DNA from: Octopus vulgaris
Lineage: Eukaryota
Length of the DNA: 64,000 bases
Assembly: GCA_951406725.2 (NCBI GenBank)
Contig: OX597821.1
Location: 31,000,001-31,064,000 of the forward strand
Reading direction: 5' to 3'
Shown here: piece after piece, positions 1-14,666 of the stretch
Layout of the letters: every line of letters starts with the position of its first letter
Numbering within the stretch: the stretch's first letter is position 1
Position numbers and translations under genes: made by a program
The notes under the pieces: generated by a model
Seen by the model: the letters and a program-made list of their open reading frames with translations, nothing else
Databases searched by the model: none
What the model was told of the DNA's origin: nothing

Positions 1-1534
1 GGTACAATTCTAAAATCACACCAAAGAAAATAAATTTGAAACATTTATTTCTCTCATATCTTGCTTATATTTATAGCACTTTTGTTACTTTGAGAGACGG
101 GATATAAATCTAAGTAACATTATTGAAATTCTAAACTGCATTTTCGGCATAATGTATATGGAACGACTTAAACAGTAAGTTTAGACTTGCAATGTCAAAT
201 TCACTGATCTGCAGAATAATGTCTATTTTAGATAATGCTAAATATATATTGGAGTTAATTGTAAATTTGAGAGTGATCAATGATGATACATACATCACAA
301 TTCACACAAACAATTGTTTTATCAAACTTCTAGACATTGTAGCTCAGTTTACATATATATTACTTTTACATGTATACGACTGAATTGTTATTAAGAACAA
401 GGCGACATAATTTTCTTCCAGACAGCAGGAAGATATATGAAAATAGTAGCTTTTTGACGAGAGTGAAATCGCATAAATTCGTCCACGTTAGTAATTCCAT
501 TATATTTGTCTCACTAAATGCAGATAAAATCACCATTTCAAAACGTTCATAGTGTATAGCACAATCAAATAAATGATAAGTGGTGCTTATCGTACAATCG
601 AAATTGCTTTATATCATTCTTATTACTATTATTACGTAAATCTAAATTGTAGTTTATAACAGCTGTAAGATTTAAATTTGGCTAATTCGTTATGGTGAAC
701 TGTTGTGTTTGAGCAATCAGTAAGAATACAGTCAACGATATTATTTTTCGTTAGGTCTTCGTTATCTGGATTGAACAAGACAAAATAATCTCTTTAGAAT
801 TTGATCTGCACACAAAAATGATTTAAATGCTTTTGACATCAGTTTTGCTTGAAAAGAAAATTCGTGCTGCATATATTTTAGCTAGCGGTATATTAACAGG
901 ATACGTGATGGATATATTTCAAGAAAAAATAAGACCAAAACCACAGGAACTACCGTACCGACAATCCACTGAAAGACACCAGCCAAACACTGGCTGAATA
1001 ATGAAAACTACATATGAGTATATACTCTTTTTATGCACTATTTTTTGCACCCCAAAAGTTATATCTTCTCTGCATTTTCTCTTTTCCCTCCTCCCTTTGT
1101 AACTCGCTTTCTCTATGTGGGTTTATGCATGTATATTTGTATGTATGTTTAGGTGTGTATATATATATATGTTTGTGTATGTGTCTATACTTAGAAATTT
1201 ATATAGGAATACATGTTTGTTTGGATGTACAACCCACATGTGTATATGTGTGTACATGTGTGTTTGTCTGTATGTCTGTCTGTGTTTCCCTAAAACTTCA
1301 AAACTACACAACCAATTTCATTCAAATTTTACACATGCCTTACTTAGGGTCCCTGTAGTTTCATGGGCAAAAAAACTTCTAGCCTAGAGCGAGCCCATAG
1401 GAATATCATATCTTCTCCACTATTTCAGTATTACGTGTTGAAAGTGAAACAAAAACATTTCTCTATTTTACGTCAGATACTTTCACTTTAACAATAAAAA
1501 TAATAATAACAATTGAATTATATGTAGTAAGTAA

Positions 1535-2700
1535 TTTCTTTCATTGGCCTCAGTTGTGACTTTTATACTTTTGTCGGTGTTCTGGCATCTTACAAGATGT
1601 TTTCTGAAGGAAGTAGCTCTCGTGTTCAGATGTTCTTTGATGCGGACGTGTAACGGTCTTGTTGTGCTACCCACATATAACTTGTTGCATTTGTTACATT
1701 GTATTCTATACACAACATTTACCCGTTGGCATACATCTGTGTCACGGATGGAACAGCTTGTTACTGTGCATTGATTGTCATCCATTGTTCGTTCCTTAGT
1801 GAGATGTCCTCTCAGAGAGGGGCCGGAGTGGGCTAATTGTATGTCTAGCCCTTCTCTTCTTATGGCTCTCCAGATGGATGTAGTTATTCTCTCGCGAAAA
1901 TGGGGTATTTTAAAGAAGCATGTGTTCCTGGGTTTTCTATGTGTTCGGCGTGTTGGTCGTCTTTACATGAATCTAGGGTACCCGTTGGTTTTTAATATAC
2001 GTAGGAAGCGTGTAGTGTGGGTTACTTGTACTCCGTTCTGCTTCACTTACAATGGATGCGTGCAAGTACATTTCTGGCGTATCCTATTTTGGCACCGAGT
2101 GGAAGTGCTGAATTGTACTGGACAAACATATCTCTACCGGCCGCTTTCCTGTAGAACTCGGTGTGGATCTCCCCTTCTTTCGTTATATTCAGTTTGAAGT
2201 CAAGTAGTGATAGTGATCCAGTGATGTCGGGATGTTCTATAGTGAACTTTACTTTCGTGTCTATGTTATTGAATCTCGTGAATATTCTGTCAGCCTCTTC
2301 ACGGGAGGATGTGGGTATGAGGATGTCATCTACGTATCTAGTGAAGAAGGTGCATGAGCGGCAGATGTTGAGTGCACGACGTTCCAGATGGTCCATATAA
2401 GTGATGGCTAGTAGACCTGAGAGACAGGATCCCGTGGGGAGACCCGTTGTCTACTTGTATATGTGGTCCTAGAAATAGAAGTAGGTGATGTCCACGATGA
2501 TGGACAAAAGTTGATGTATATCAGCTGCGGTAAGTTCGAAGCATTGGATGTTGGACGTTATTATGCAGTCGGTCAATAGGTTGACCGCCGAGTGTGCTGG
2601 CACCGTTGTGTACATTGAGACAACGTCAGCACTAAAGGCATATCTGTTTTGCCTGAGATGGCAAATTCTTTCTGGGTTTAATTCTCGTAAAACCATCGCC
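1535..2700 (-). mobile_element. Penelope-like retroelement remnant (RT + GIY-YIG endonuclease), frameshifted
   Basis: ORF 2469-2696 has SADVVSMYT (RT motif A), ORF 2043-2396 has TRYVDDI plus the thumb region, ORF 1483-1785 has VVYRIQCNKCNKLYVGSTTRPLHVRIKEH (GIY-YIG). Confidence 0.92.
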
Positions 2701-3579
2701 TTTCTTCACCATATATCTTGGATATATTACTCTTGGAGATAATACACTATATTAACATACCACCTATCAATGACTATATCAAGAGTTAAAAATCAATAAT
2801 GACATTTTTTCTCATACTTATATTAATTAAGAAACAGTTGTGTATTTAGGAGCAAATCCACGCGAATAATATTAGCTTTCAATTATAGTATTATTTTATG
2901 TTGTTAATTATTGTTATTCTAAATATTCAATTATCAGTTTCCTAAGTATGCCAATCAAATTTATTTTTCACACTTTCTATTCTAACGTTAATTCGTACAC
3001 CAGCCATCGTTTATACAACTTACGATTTGGTTATCAGTTTGGTTATTCGTTTATATAATTATGAGGAATAGTTTAGACCTCATTTAGTTGCCACCTGTAA
3101 ATTTTCTACACGTTTCTCAGCAAGAACTAAAGTTGCATTTCTACAAAGAAGTATTGAAAATAAAAATTTCTTTACAATATTAATTGGATTCTACTATCTC
3201 TCATAGAGTCAAAGGGAGTGCCACAGTAATAATTAAATTACATACAAAGAGTATAAGATATTAAGGATTTTCGCAGATACGCTTTCTTGCGAATGTTTGA
3301 ACTTCCATGTTCTGCACATAATCTAATTATCAAGGTTTTTAATGTCAGAATTCGCCCACGTCTCATATACCTCCCATACATTCGGAAATTGTCTTACTAT
3401 ATGCACTATTTCGCCCATTCCTAAATATTATATAACTTTAATTTAGTGGTCATTACTGTGAAACATATAATGCAGTTATTGCATAAGAAATATTTGTCAA
3501 AATTACTATTACATTCTATTCTAGTTTCTTATCAGAAAGAAAAATTTATTTTTATTTTTCCAAACACTCTACAAATATC

Positions 3580-3729
3580 CCTGTAGTAAGAAACTTGCTT
3601 CCAAACCACCTGGTTTCGGATTCAGTCCCACTGCGGTGTACCTTCACTAAGTGTTCCCTAATATAACTTCGGGCCGAGCGAAGCCTTGCGAACGGATTCG
3701 GTAGACGTAAATTGAAAGAATCCCGTCGC

Positions 3730-3769
<40 letters not shown>

Positions 3770-3995
3770 GGAGAGGGAGAAAGAGAGAGATAGGTAGATA
3801 GATAGACAGATAGATAACTATGTGTATATACATATATACTTATATGTATACATTTGTGAGTGTCTGCTACGTTTCCGGAAATTAGCGGTTCGGCAAAAGA
3901 GACCGAATATATACTAGGCTTACAGAGAATATATACTGGGGGTCGATTTTTTCGACTAGATGAGGTGCTCCAGCATGGCTGCAGTCAAATGACTC
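3580..3995 (+). mobile_element. tRNA-derived SINE (family with 'ggtagacggaaactgaaagaa' body), interrupted by microsatellite
   Basis: ttcagtcccactgcgg...gccttgcgaacggattcggtagacg...cagcatggctgcagtcaaatgact; similar to copies at 5641, 47190, 54213. Confidence 0.75.
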
Positions 3996-4559
3996 TGTGT
4001 GGGGGGTGCGTGTGTATACAAGTAATGATTGTAGAAATGGAAACTAATTTTTAATACTCGCTACAATCAACACGTCAATCAAACACCGAAATGTCTTCTT
4101 TCTTGTTAGATTTAAATTTGAAGAATTCGTCATCTTAAACGGTTGAGTTTGACAATTCTGAAGGTCATGGCAAAAATACTGATATATTGGTACAACTATC
4201 TTCTATTTCCCAGTACAAAATTTTCTGCATAAGCTGAGAAGGTTACTGAGAGGAATCTAAGTTATAAAAGACGCGTCACAAGCGACAAGGAAATAGAGAT
4301 TTTGAGGTTTTGATTGGCGCGTTCCCCACTATATAGGATGATATAATGACAACTGCAACACCTCCAACATATTAATCAACGGAACGTCACATTGGGTTTT
4401 TACAGCAACATATTCCAATTTTCCTTATAATGCTATGTATATCACGCCTTTCCGTTTTGTTCAAAGGTCTCCATAAATAATATCAGTCTCTCCAATCCCT
4501 TTGAAAACAATGCCGTTCATTTTTCCTATGTTTCTATATTTTAAAATCCCGTGCACTAA

Positions 4560-4830
4560 AACTTCCACAATATCTCACTTCGGCAATCTTCGTCTGTTAT
4601 GGTGCACGAACTAGAACACCAAATTCCAAATCTGCAAAATATTCACTGCGTCTTTGGCGTAGAGTCAGGTCGATCGTTTGTGGATAATGGTTACAAGTAT
4701 GCCCAAACCATGAACATTGTCACAATTGTTTTAAACTCTATACTTACTTTTAAATGCTGGAAACTACTCTCCATCCTCCACAAAACATTTTCCCAATACA
4801 TTTTCAAGCACGAGGCTGCAAAGTCTAATG
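4560..4830 (-). mobile_element. possible highly decayed Tc1-like transposase fragment
   Basis: Reverse strand reads YWENVLW... and ...MVWA, resembling the Tc1 WxxVLWSDES and SVMVWG motifs; otherwise broken. Confidence 0.3.
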
Positions 4831-5033
4831 TCTAGTATTTTACTACTAACAGTTGTGATATTTGCTGCATTATCTCGATCGTTTACCTTGTTCTTTATTT
4901 AGGCTGTTATAAACACGACACAATTGTTACTTTATATATTCTGAATACTTCAGTTCGTTCGAATATTCTTTCTTAACATTGACACCTAAGTCATAAAGCC
5001 TAGTGATACAGCAATCAATAGCTTGATATATTA

Positions 5034-6690
5034 CACTGTGGATCATGGTTTTTATTGTCTGGTGTTGGAGATATTTAGGGGTGCTGATTTGAAAAATTAA
5101 GTCCATTTTGGTCTGTCACATCATGGTTTTACATAAACTGGAATGTATACTTTTCAACAATCCCGGTAGGATAAATTTCGTTCCACCAATTGCATGCCCA
5201 TGTGTGGAAATTGACATCACAATTTTTTTTTAATATCATTTAAAATTCAACCTCGAAAAGGAAAACAAGAGTTATGTTTGAAGTATCTTCAGTAAATGAC
5301 AAGAATCACACTTGAGTAACTTTCGCTATTTTCAATCTAACCAGTTTTAAATTTCATGATGATGTCAGAGGAGTCCTTCATAGAATTTGATGTTAATAAA
5401 CAACACATATACGTGGTCCTAAACATTTATACATGTCTCATATTTGTGAAATTTCTCTCAGATTTGCCACGCTAAGTATGATTGCAAATCAGATGAGTCA
5501 TGATTTGTTGAACCTTTACGTATTTATTACGAAAATTTGTATTTTGAATGCATCTTTAATATTTTAATTCTGAGGTCACACGAGTATTGATCAGTGTTTG
5601 TCAAGCATGATAAAAGACTTGTAGAAAGAGCTTCATAAAGTACTCTTTTACTTGTTTCAATCATTTGACTGCGCCCATGCTTGAGCACCACATTTAGTCG
5701 AGCAAATCGACACCAGGACTTATTCTTTGTAAGCCTAATACTTATTCTATTGGTCCCTGAGGCCGAACCGCTAGGTCACGGGGACGTAAACCCACCAGCG
5801 TCGGTTGTCAAGCGATATTGAGGGATGGAAGAAAGCACAGACACACAAACATACATACACACATACACACGTATATATACATATATACGACGGGCTTCTT
5901 TCAGTTCTCAAAACGAAGGCTGGGCAACCCATATAGTGTTTAAAACATGTGGTGAAACACTGACACAGTGGCAGCTTCAAATATCTAAGCAGACAATTTC
6001 AAGATTACATCTAGTGTATCTGACGTGTCACAGATTACATGGCTATGGCCAGACGTGCATTTTTTGGAGACCATGTCTGGCGTTGTAAAAGAGGCAAGGA
6101 ATGCGTTTAATGCGCATGTCCCTGATTTCTTGGAAAGTAATCAAAATATCAAGAACTTGTGCAGGCCCAGTGAAACAGGTTTCGAGGTCTGGGGTGCAAC
6201 ATGTGTATAAAAGTGCATTTCTTGCTCAGTCATCTGAACTACTTCCCTGAAATTCCAGTGCAATGTGTGATGAGCAAGGGGAAAGATTTCACCTAGACAT
6301 CAAGAACATGGAGATTAGGTATCAAGACAGAAGTGGATGGCTGAGTACTACTGGTGTTTGAAACAGACTCGTGATGCAAGTTGTCACACTTCTTACACAG
6401 CTAAAACTCTAGTTTTGGGAGAGAAATTTCTATCCCAAGATGGTTCATTCAATATTTTGAGTAACATGTGTTTTAAACAATAAAATGTCTTATTTGGTTT
6501 GTGCTTGTTTCTTATTTCAGGATAGCATTTGACGGCTAAATTGACATTTTTCGGTAAAAGTATAACGCATTGCTTCAGAAAATAAACTTGACGTAAAAGA
6601 AATTGTTGAAAACATCACCGTCAAATTAGATAGGACTAATTGCAAAACACAACATAGCTAATTTTGTTTCTAAAAATGTTCCCCAGTATT
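5034..6690 (+). mobile_element. Chapaev3-like (CMC superfamily) DNA transposon relic with internal deletion
   Basis: Starts cactg, ends tgttccccagta; translated pieces WATHIVFKTCGETLTQW, DVHFLETMSGVVKEARNAF, GCNMCIKVHFLLSHLNYFPE, DEQGERFHLDIKNMEIRYQ, MAEYYWCLK match Chapaev3 transposase motifs as I recall them. Confidence 0.8.
5641..5905 (-). mobile_element. SINE 3' portion inserted into the Chapaev3 relic
   Basis: tactcttttacttgtttcaatcatttgactgcg...cgacgggcttctttcagtt, same family as 3580-3995. Confidence 0.8.
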
Positions 6691-8844
6691 ATAAATAAAA
6701 TTTTAAAGACAGCTGGCCAGCCCTATTACTTACGTACAAATAATACAAAAAACTTAGGTGGAAGAAAAAAATTGACTGCAGTTTTGAAATCAACATACCT
6801 ATTTTAATTTAAATGGAGAGAAAGAAGCAAGCACAACAGAAATTATGTTCAAAAGTAGTTCCTCTATGCTTCATAATACAAATTCAAAAATATCATTCTG
6901 AGAACAATTGAAATCCCCTCACGGAAGTTTAAATATATTCATATTATTTGCACACCAACTGAGCAAGTATATCTATGCATATGTAGATTTTCAGTCTATT
7001 CTTGGAATAAAATTAAGGATACTATGACTTAAAGTATCGGCTAAATCAAACAAGTGAGAAGAATATGTGAAACGCATTGAGTGGTATATTAGCCAATTTA
7101 TAAACTTTCAAGATCAAATAACGCTAGAGCCATTAAAATTCATACCACCTCCGAATTTATTTTGGTAGCTACACGTTTCGTGGTTGCAAATTTGCGTATC
7201 TAGAATTTTCATCAAATTAACGTTTAAGTAAATCTTTTCAATTACTGGTAGCTATGATTAATCTACAAATTGATTGGAAGATAACAAGTATATATGTCCT
7301 AGTAAAGAAAGGTTTTGATCGTAATTACGTTCCCAACAGGAACCACTGTACGTAATCTAATATTTATTGATTTATTAATTAGATGCAAAGACACAACTTT
7401 GAAGAACAATAAAATTAGATTGCATGAATTTCATAACATTCTGAAAGCCATTAATGGGCATAGCAAAAGTAATTGGTTATATCTATGATATAAAACACTT
7501 AAATATATATGTATGTATATGTATGTATGCATGTATGTATTATGTATGTATGTATGTGTATGTATGTATGTATGTATGTAATTATGTATGTATGTGTGTA
7601 TGTATGTTTGTATATGTTTGTGTATGTATACTAATTTTTTTCGGTAATCTTGGTTCTAAGTAGTTGCTGTTTGGTATACATGAATTTATATACTACAATT
7701 CTCATTGCAAGGATATTAAAAATATATTAAATATTATTCGTTTATAACCACCACAAGTATTTTTCAGATTTGTCAGTGCCCATTTCTTGCTAAGCAGCCA
7801 CAATTGAGACATCATGTGGTTTCATGAAAATGAAGCACTCAACATTTACAATGTACATATACACGCTTTTATAGATATATGTCTGTGATTTTATATGCCT
7901 GTGTATGTGTATGAGTACGCGCTCGTTTGTGTGTGTGTATGTGTGCGCGTGAATATATATGTGCGCATGTCTGTGTTTGCCTCTGTGTATGTTTGGACAT
8001 ATGTGTATGTATTGCTGTAGGTATCACGTCGACTCATATCATCCGAGAGCGAGGGAACTTATGGAGAGTTTCTTTTGCGGCAAAGAAATCATTATATATC
8101 AGAGAGTTAAATTTATGACCATGCCCTCAAGCAGGAAGAATATTAAGAACACCTGGACTAGGAACCTGCAAATAAATAATCAAAATATTTAGATTTTACT
8201 GAAAATATACATTGACCGTAGAAAACAGAATTCTAAAGGTCCAACAAAGGAAACCTTTTCTCTAGATTTTTGAAATGTTGATACAGTCTATTGGTCGCAA
8301 CTCCTGACCGGAGTGTGACGGGTTTTCAGTAAAGGATTGGAATATGAACTCAAAGGGGAGAGAATCAGAACAGATACCGCAAGTTTTCCCAACCGATGCG
8401 TTAACAATTTTGTAAACCATCAATTCTGGACTGCTCCTTCTTGTCTTTCAATAGATGAAGAACGAAGTTTACCTGACCAGGATTAGAACACATAATGCTG
8501 AGATTAGTATAAATACTTTTAGGAATTTTATTCAATACTCAAACGATCCTACCATTGAAGGTTAGATTTTCCGTACAGGAACAAAACATAGTGACATATT
8601 ATCTTCATTCTCATCATCTCATTTATATGAACATACGCATTTTGAGACTAAATGCCAATGCTAATTTATCAGGAAAACGATCTTAAATAGCTAATATGTC
8701 GTATAACGTTATATAGGTGGCTATGTTTGGAAACATTATTGTTTGAAGAAGGACTATGACCTAGGTACAATACTAGTTTTCTCTGAAGGGACTATTTAAT
8801 TCCCGTACGAGATTTGTCCATAAACCTAATTAGGGAATATCAAT

Positions 8845-9185
8845 ATTAATTTCAAATTTCGACTCAAGGTTAGCAATTTCAGGAGAGAGGGTAAAGACGA
8901 TTAGATCGACCCAACTGATCAATTGGTACTTATTGTATCGACCCCGAAATGATGAAACGTAAAGTCAATCTCTGCGAAATTTGAAATCATAAGTAAAGAC
9001 GGACGAAATACCGCTAAGCATCATGACAACCATTCTGCCAGTTCATTGCTTTAATTATGAAATTAATATTTGTTTCAAATGCGAAGTCGACTTTGCCGAA
9101 AATTGAACTCAGATTCTAAATAGGGACGAAATACCGCTAAACATTGTTTTTTGGTGTGCTAACGATTCTGCCAGATTACCGCCTT
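8845..9185 (-). mobile_element. Two decayed Nin-domain-like SINE copies
   Basis: atcgaccccgaaatgatgaaacgtaaagtc...gacgaaataccgctaa, present twice. Confidence 0.75.
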
Positions 9186-10949
9186 AATTAAGAAATTAAT
9201 ATTAATATTCACAAAAGGTAACTTAAATGGCTTGTCTGTGAAAATCTTGATTTCATTTTTCTTTTTTTGGTCAATTCAAGTTATATCCTTAAAGTTGCTG
9301 ATCTATAAATTTGAGAATTGAAAGGAAGATGTCATTTCATTAGATATAACGATCTTTTTTTCAGGAAACTGGATTTTAATAGGCATAGAACACAGGAAAC
9401 GTGTTCCAAATATTATAACAATATATTTAAACAGAAAATGATGTTGAATGCATTGTTATACTTCGTTTATAATTTTAAATTAATAATGATACATGACCCG
9501 ATATTTTGCATTCTGTCCTAACGTAAACGAACAGTAAATTGCTAATATATTTTAATAGACCATATTAGAATAGAGAACCGCTGAAATAAAACATGCAAAT
9601 CATTTTCTTCGGCATAATCATTATATTTATATTTTCCCTATAAATTATCCATTAGGATTAATGTGGGTAATATAGTCAATATATCTCTGTAATAGTGTCT
9701 TCATCACATCCTTCGTTTCATTCTAAGAGTAATAAGCGAAGTTAACGAAATTCAGTGAGGCCGTTAAAAGAGATCCTAATTAATATTGTATCAAAGCAAA
9801 TTCCAATAATAAGAGTATAGCTATTCAGTTGTTATTAATAATCAAAAAAATAAACTCTGCAAAACCTTTGATGAATAGCAATTAGATTAATTAGATTAAT
9901 TGTAGAATATTTTGTTGAATCGCTATAAAATTACAGGAACGGCATTTTGTACGCTATATTTGAATAATTGTATCACTTTAAGAGAATATTTAAAATCCCA
10001 AGCAGGATTTAATATGTTAAGGAAACCTGAATAAAATGTTAAAATAAAAAACTAGTCTGTATATATTTAAAACAGGGACGATTAATAAACTAATTAGAAA
10101 AAAATGTTTTGAAGAAAAACATATTAAACAACGACTTAATATAATTTAACCATGATCATATTAATGAGGCATTTACCTCGCCATAGATATCGTAGTGATA
10201 GCAGTAACTGGAAGTGATGAATTCTAGAATTACGTAGTGAAATAGTTTAAAGACTAATTAATCAGAAGCTGTACCGAATGAAAATGACAATATTAAATTT
10301 TGTGCACACATTTTAATTGAAGAACATTGAAAATCTAACTAAAAATATTGCATTTTATTTGTCAGGGATGCAAAAGTGGTTAGCAAAAAGCATGTGTTGA
10401 TAACCAGTGACATAGATCTTGGTTATACTATACCTATTAATATTAATGAAATAATTAACCAATAAGCCGATTAAACTGCTAGTTGCATGATTAATAGCTG
10501 GATGTAAAATTGGTAACACACGTGCATCTTTAGCTTGCTTGCACACATTGCAATCACTCAGCAGTAAAATCATGTGCCGAGACACAGCCTTTGCTTTCTG
10601 TTATGTCAGATGAACTGCTAATCATCCTAAAGAAAATACCTACAGATAGGTCGAGAAGATGCGTCAACGAAAATGCAACATGGCGTGTGTATTTAATAAT
10701 TTTGTATCGATATCGAAACTTGAAAATCATTCTTTTTATTTTTATAAAATGGCTAGCAAAACCTTGATTCTGATGATATACAGAATCAGAAAAACATTAT
10801 GGAAACAAATCATCTTCACATGTCCAAAACTTGGATTAACATTCTTTTCCTGACCCATCACAGAACCATAGAAATTACGCCAGATATCTTGATATTCCAT
10901 CCAGTTTGCTAAAATGACAATGCCCAGTATATTACCACTTTTTACCAAC

Positions 10950-11712
10950 AATTACCACTCAGTAAGTATCAGTCAATTCCATAACCAAAAATTAATTCAC
11001 AACGAGCTTGACGTTAATTATGCTATCCACTATCCACCAAATCAGCTGACATTTTGAAGACTCTATGAGGCATTTCCGTACATTCACATAGCCAGTAACT
11101 ACAGAACGGATACTCATTTTGCTACAGCAATACTTAGATAAACTATAACTCCCTCGTAGTAGAAAACACATATAACCCGTAAATTACATTATGATAGGTA
11201 TTGAGAAAGAAAACTTTTTCACACTTCATGCTAGTTCTCATCGCATGTATAGCTGCATGTTTAGTTTATCGCAACACTATCTTTCTAAGAAATGCGAGAT
11301 TCAGGAAGATTACTGCAATATTGTATGAGTTGTTTTTCTTACGACCGGTTCTACGTTCCATTGTCATGTAATGGAGGAAGCAGACATTTTTACTACGATG
11401 CTCCAAACTGCCGGACAATAAGATTCTCTTCATGAATAAAAAATAAACATGTCTGTTATAATTACTTCTTTTTAATGCACTGAATCATGAATGACAAGGT
11501 GACATACAAACTAAGATGTTACTATTTTCTTAACACGCAAATTAAAGTATTCAATATTCAGTATATTACAACAATTACCCCTCAGTAAGTATCAGTCAAA
11601 TCAATAACGAAAAAAATTAATTCACAACGTGCTTGACGTTAATTATGCTATCCACTATCCAACAAATCAGCTGAAAATTTGAAGGCTCCATGAGGTATTT
11701 CTGTACATTATC
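10950..11712. repeat. ~140 bp direct repeat pair (10950-11090, 11572-11712)
   Basis: caattacc(a/c)ctcagtaagtatcagtcaa...gcttgacgttaattatgctatccactatcca occurs twice. Confidence 0.85.
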
Positions 11713-11815
11713 AAATGTCTCACACAAATTATGCATCTATAAAAATCATTAAAACATTGAAATTTAGATTCATACATGCTTTAGAAGAAAGATACTTAAA
11801 TACAGTAAACGGAAA

Positions 11816-12381
11816 GTAATATTGTTTGCTAAAGAAATTCGAAACCATTGATATAACCGTTAAATAACAAGGTAAAAGTTTTTATTTTTCATTTACTTCG
11901 AAATTCGCCATTAAACTGTGGTTTTGGTCGTGTTGGCTGCTATTTCTAGCATGTAAAAATTACCTGTTAAAGGGTAATTTTCTATTTTAAAATATGAATA
12001 TGTTGTCTATTGACTATATATACATGCTGGGACACGGGTGGTGATATATATAACGAATATTCGCTACCCTATATATGTGTCTTATGAATATGTTCTTAGC
12101 ATTCTCGAAGATTCAGCTCAGCATCGTATTTATTGCTGACTGTAAATGCGCCTGCGCGCGATATTTGAAAAATTATAACATATAATGATGGGACAAGTGT
12201 TATCGTGTCTCTGAATTATAAGTTAGTTATTGACGCCGGTTACTGACTAGAATTCGCCTGGTGGATAATATTGTCTTGCTAAATTATCTATTAAATGTTT
12301 GCAAGTAATACTGTTTGCTAAAGAAATTCGAAACCATGGTATGACCGTTAAATAACAAGGTAAAAGTTTTTATTTTTCATT
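11816..12381. repeat. ~75 bp direct repeat pair (11816-11893, 12305-12381)
   Basis: gtttgctaaagaaattcgaaaccat...aaataacaaggtaaaagtttttatttttcatt occurs twice. Confidence 0.85.
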
Positions 12382-12399
12382 AACAATTTACCAAAGGTT

Positions 12400-12950
12400 T
12401 CAAGTAGTGCCTTCTCCTGTGACACAAAATGACAATACTATCCTTAGAATGCGAGATGTACCAAACAAGGCTGTCTTCTGGATCACTTCGAGCCTGACCG
12501 CAGCTCCAATATTTTTGATATGTTTTTCAAAGCTCTTGGAAAATGTTCCTAATGCTCCAATTACCACCGGTATCGTCAGTACTTTCCTCATGCCCCATAA
12601 CTTTCCTGTTTCTTCCAGTAGTGGCTGCTATTTCTCACTCTTTTCTGTTTCCTTACATTTCACCCTCGTATTGCCTGGTATTGCAAATTTTATTATATTT
12701 GCTTCCTTTTCATCATTATGGATGAGCACGATATCTGGTCCCATCTTTATTCTTCAAGATCTGACTTTGCGTTTTCTTGTCCTACCAAATTTTCTTCATC
12801 TGCTCTCTCTGGTCTTTCTTAAATCGTGTTGGATCTACGGCTTCCTTCACTTTTAAGGATCCCCGCATTTTCACTGCTTCAATCATTTCATCTTTACTGC
12901 CTTTGACATACCAAGCCAGGCTATTCTCCACTTCCCCGAATTATGAATTA
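12400..12950 (-). mobile_element. R4/Dong-like (RLE-type) non-LTR retrotransposon 3' fragment
   Basis: TIPVVIGALG...LEVIQKTALFGTSRILRIVL C-terminus, with an upstream PDIV restriction-like endonuclease motif. Confidence 0.85.
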
Positions 12951-13139
12951 ACAGCAAGTTAATTGCGATCTCTAATATGAATTAATAGCACCAATTAAAT
13001 AGTGTGGAGGGACTGCTTAAAATTGCAATTCAATTGCGATCTTTAATAGTAATTAACCATATGAATTGTTTCGTGTAGAGGGGCTGCTCAATATCTTTGA
13101 ATTGTCTTAGGTCAGCATCGTTTAGAAAAACTGGTGAAG

Positions 13140-13560
13140 GAATTCAGGTTCCAGGTGAGCAATAGAGGTACATCGGTTGTTGACACACGATTAGATGGAA
13201 TAACTATAGAAGCACGCTCTGATTTCTAAAACGATTGAAACAAATGGCAACAGGTTTATTTTGCTTTTCGATGAGAGGTGATGAAATGGGTCCGTATGTT
13301 CATGATCTGGAAACTAAATATCAGTCAATGCAAATTGTCACTCTCCTCCAAAGCCTAAAAGGTTTTCAAGAATCGATATTCAACACATATCGTATGATGA
13401 TTAATTTTGAGACTTACAATACTGTACATTTCCTTGATTATTTTGATGCGTACGTGTGTGTGTGGTCGATAAATCAATTGAAAAAAAACAATATTTATAA
13501 GAACATATTTTTAGGAATATATTACAATGCATCCACATTTTGACCATAGATCATAGTGTG
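13140..13560 (+). mobile_element. decayed mariner transposase fragment
   Basis: GDEMGPYVHDLETKYQSMQ resembles mariner GDETWVHHYDPETKxQSMQW. Confidence 0.55.
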
Positions 13561-14594
13561 AAAAGACCGTCCTTTGGTAAAAAATTACGTAGTCGGTAAA
13601 GTTGACTTGTAAGTTGTGTCTCATTTGCACCACTACATGGAACACCCTGATTTCTGGTTTTTCTCTCTTACGGCAGTCTATCTGCACGTACAACGTATTG
13701 ATAGCACACTGAACGCTAGAGTGGCCGCAAAACAATATCAAAACAATGGATTAAAAACCGTTGTGAAGGAATCGCATGAGTATGGAGGCAGTGGTGATCT
13801 ATTATCTCGTGTAATTGAAACAACATATCAGATAATAAAATGTTAAGCCTGAATTTCCATCCCTTTCAATATAAATTTCAAATATAAATGAATAAACGTG
13901 GGATTGCATCTAAAAAGTCCCCATCCGCGGCAAAAGTGTAAGTTTCTTTGTGGAAGACCAGCCTTTACCTATGCATACCACCGTTATCTCTCCATGCCAC
14001 CGATGCTATCCAAGTGATATGCAAAACGAATGATGTAGCTTCGCGCCAATGACATCGCAACTTATTTTTACAAGCCGCTCCGATAACCTACACACTACCT
14101 CGTGATTGTGAGTCCGACATTCAAACATCTGAGCCATGCGCCTGTGTGTGTGCGCTTGTGTGTGTCTGTGAGTGTGTGTATGTAGGTGTACCTGTTTTCT
14201 AATTGTTTTGGTCATTTGAGAGTGGCTATACTGGATTTTTAATCGAATGAGTCGATTCAAGCATTTATTCAAGTCTGTTATCTTAAGCTATCGGATTCTT
14301 TATCCGTAACTACGAAACTACAGAATGTAAATATTCCAGCACTAAGTAATGGGGGAGAAATACCAATGTAAAGACACATGGTGCGGTCTGATAGATTCTA
14401 TCTGCCACTTTCAGACACAAAACAACATTTCGCCCGGTCCTGTAGTATATAATATTTGCCCCAATTGAAAAGGAGTCGGACGCTTTTTGTCAGAAAACGC
14501 CTGACTGCAAAGTGAGATTGTTAACTGCACTGATGTGTCGATATGTGTGTGTTTGTGTATATATGTATGTATGTGTATATATATATGCATATAT

Positions 14595-14666
<72 letters not shown>

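Noticed and set aside
7160-7222. Hammerhead on the minus strand (TTGATGA...GAAACGTGTA)
   Set aside because: U3 is not compensated at position 8, and stems I and II do not pair convincingly
10600-10940. Mariner transposase relic on the minus strand
   Set aside because: Only faint motif similarity and no TIRs identified
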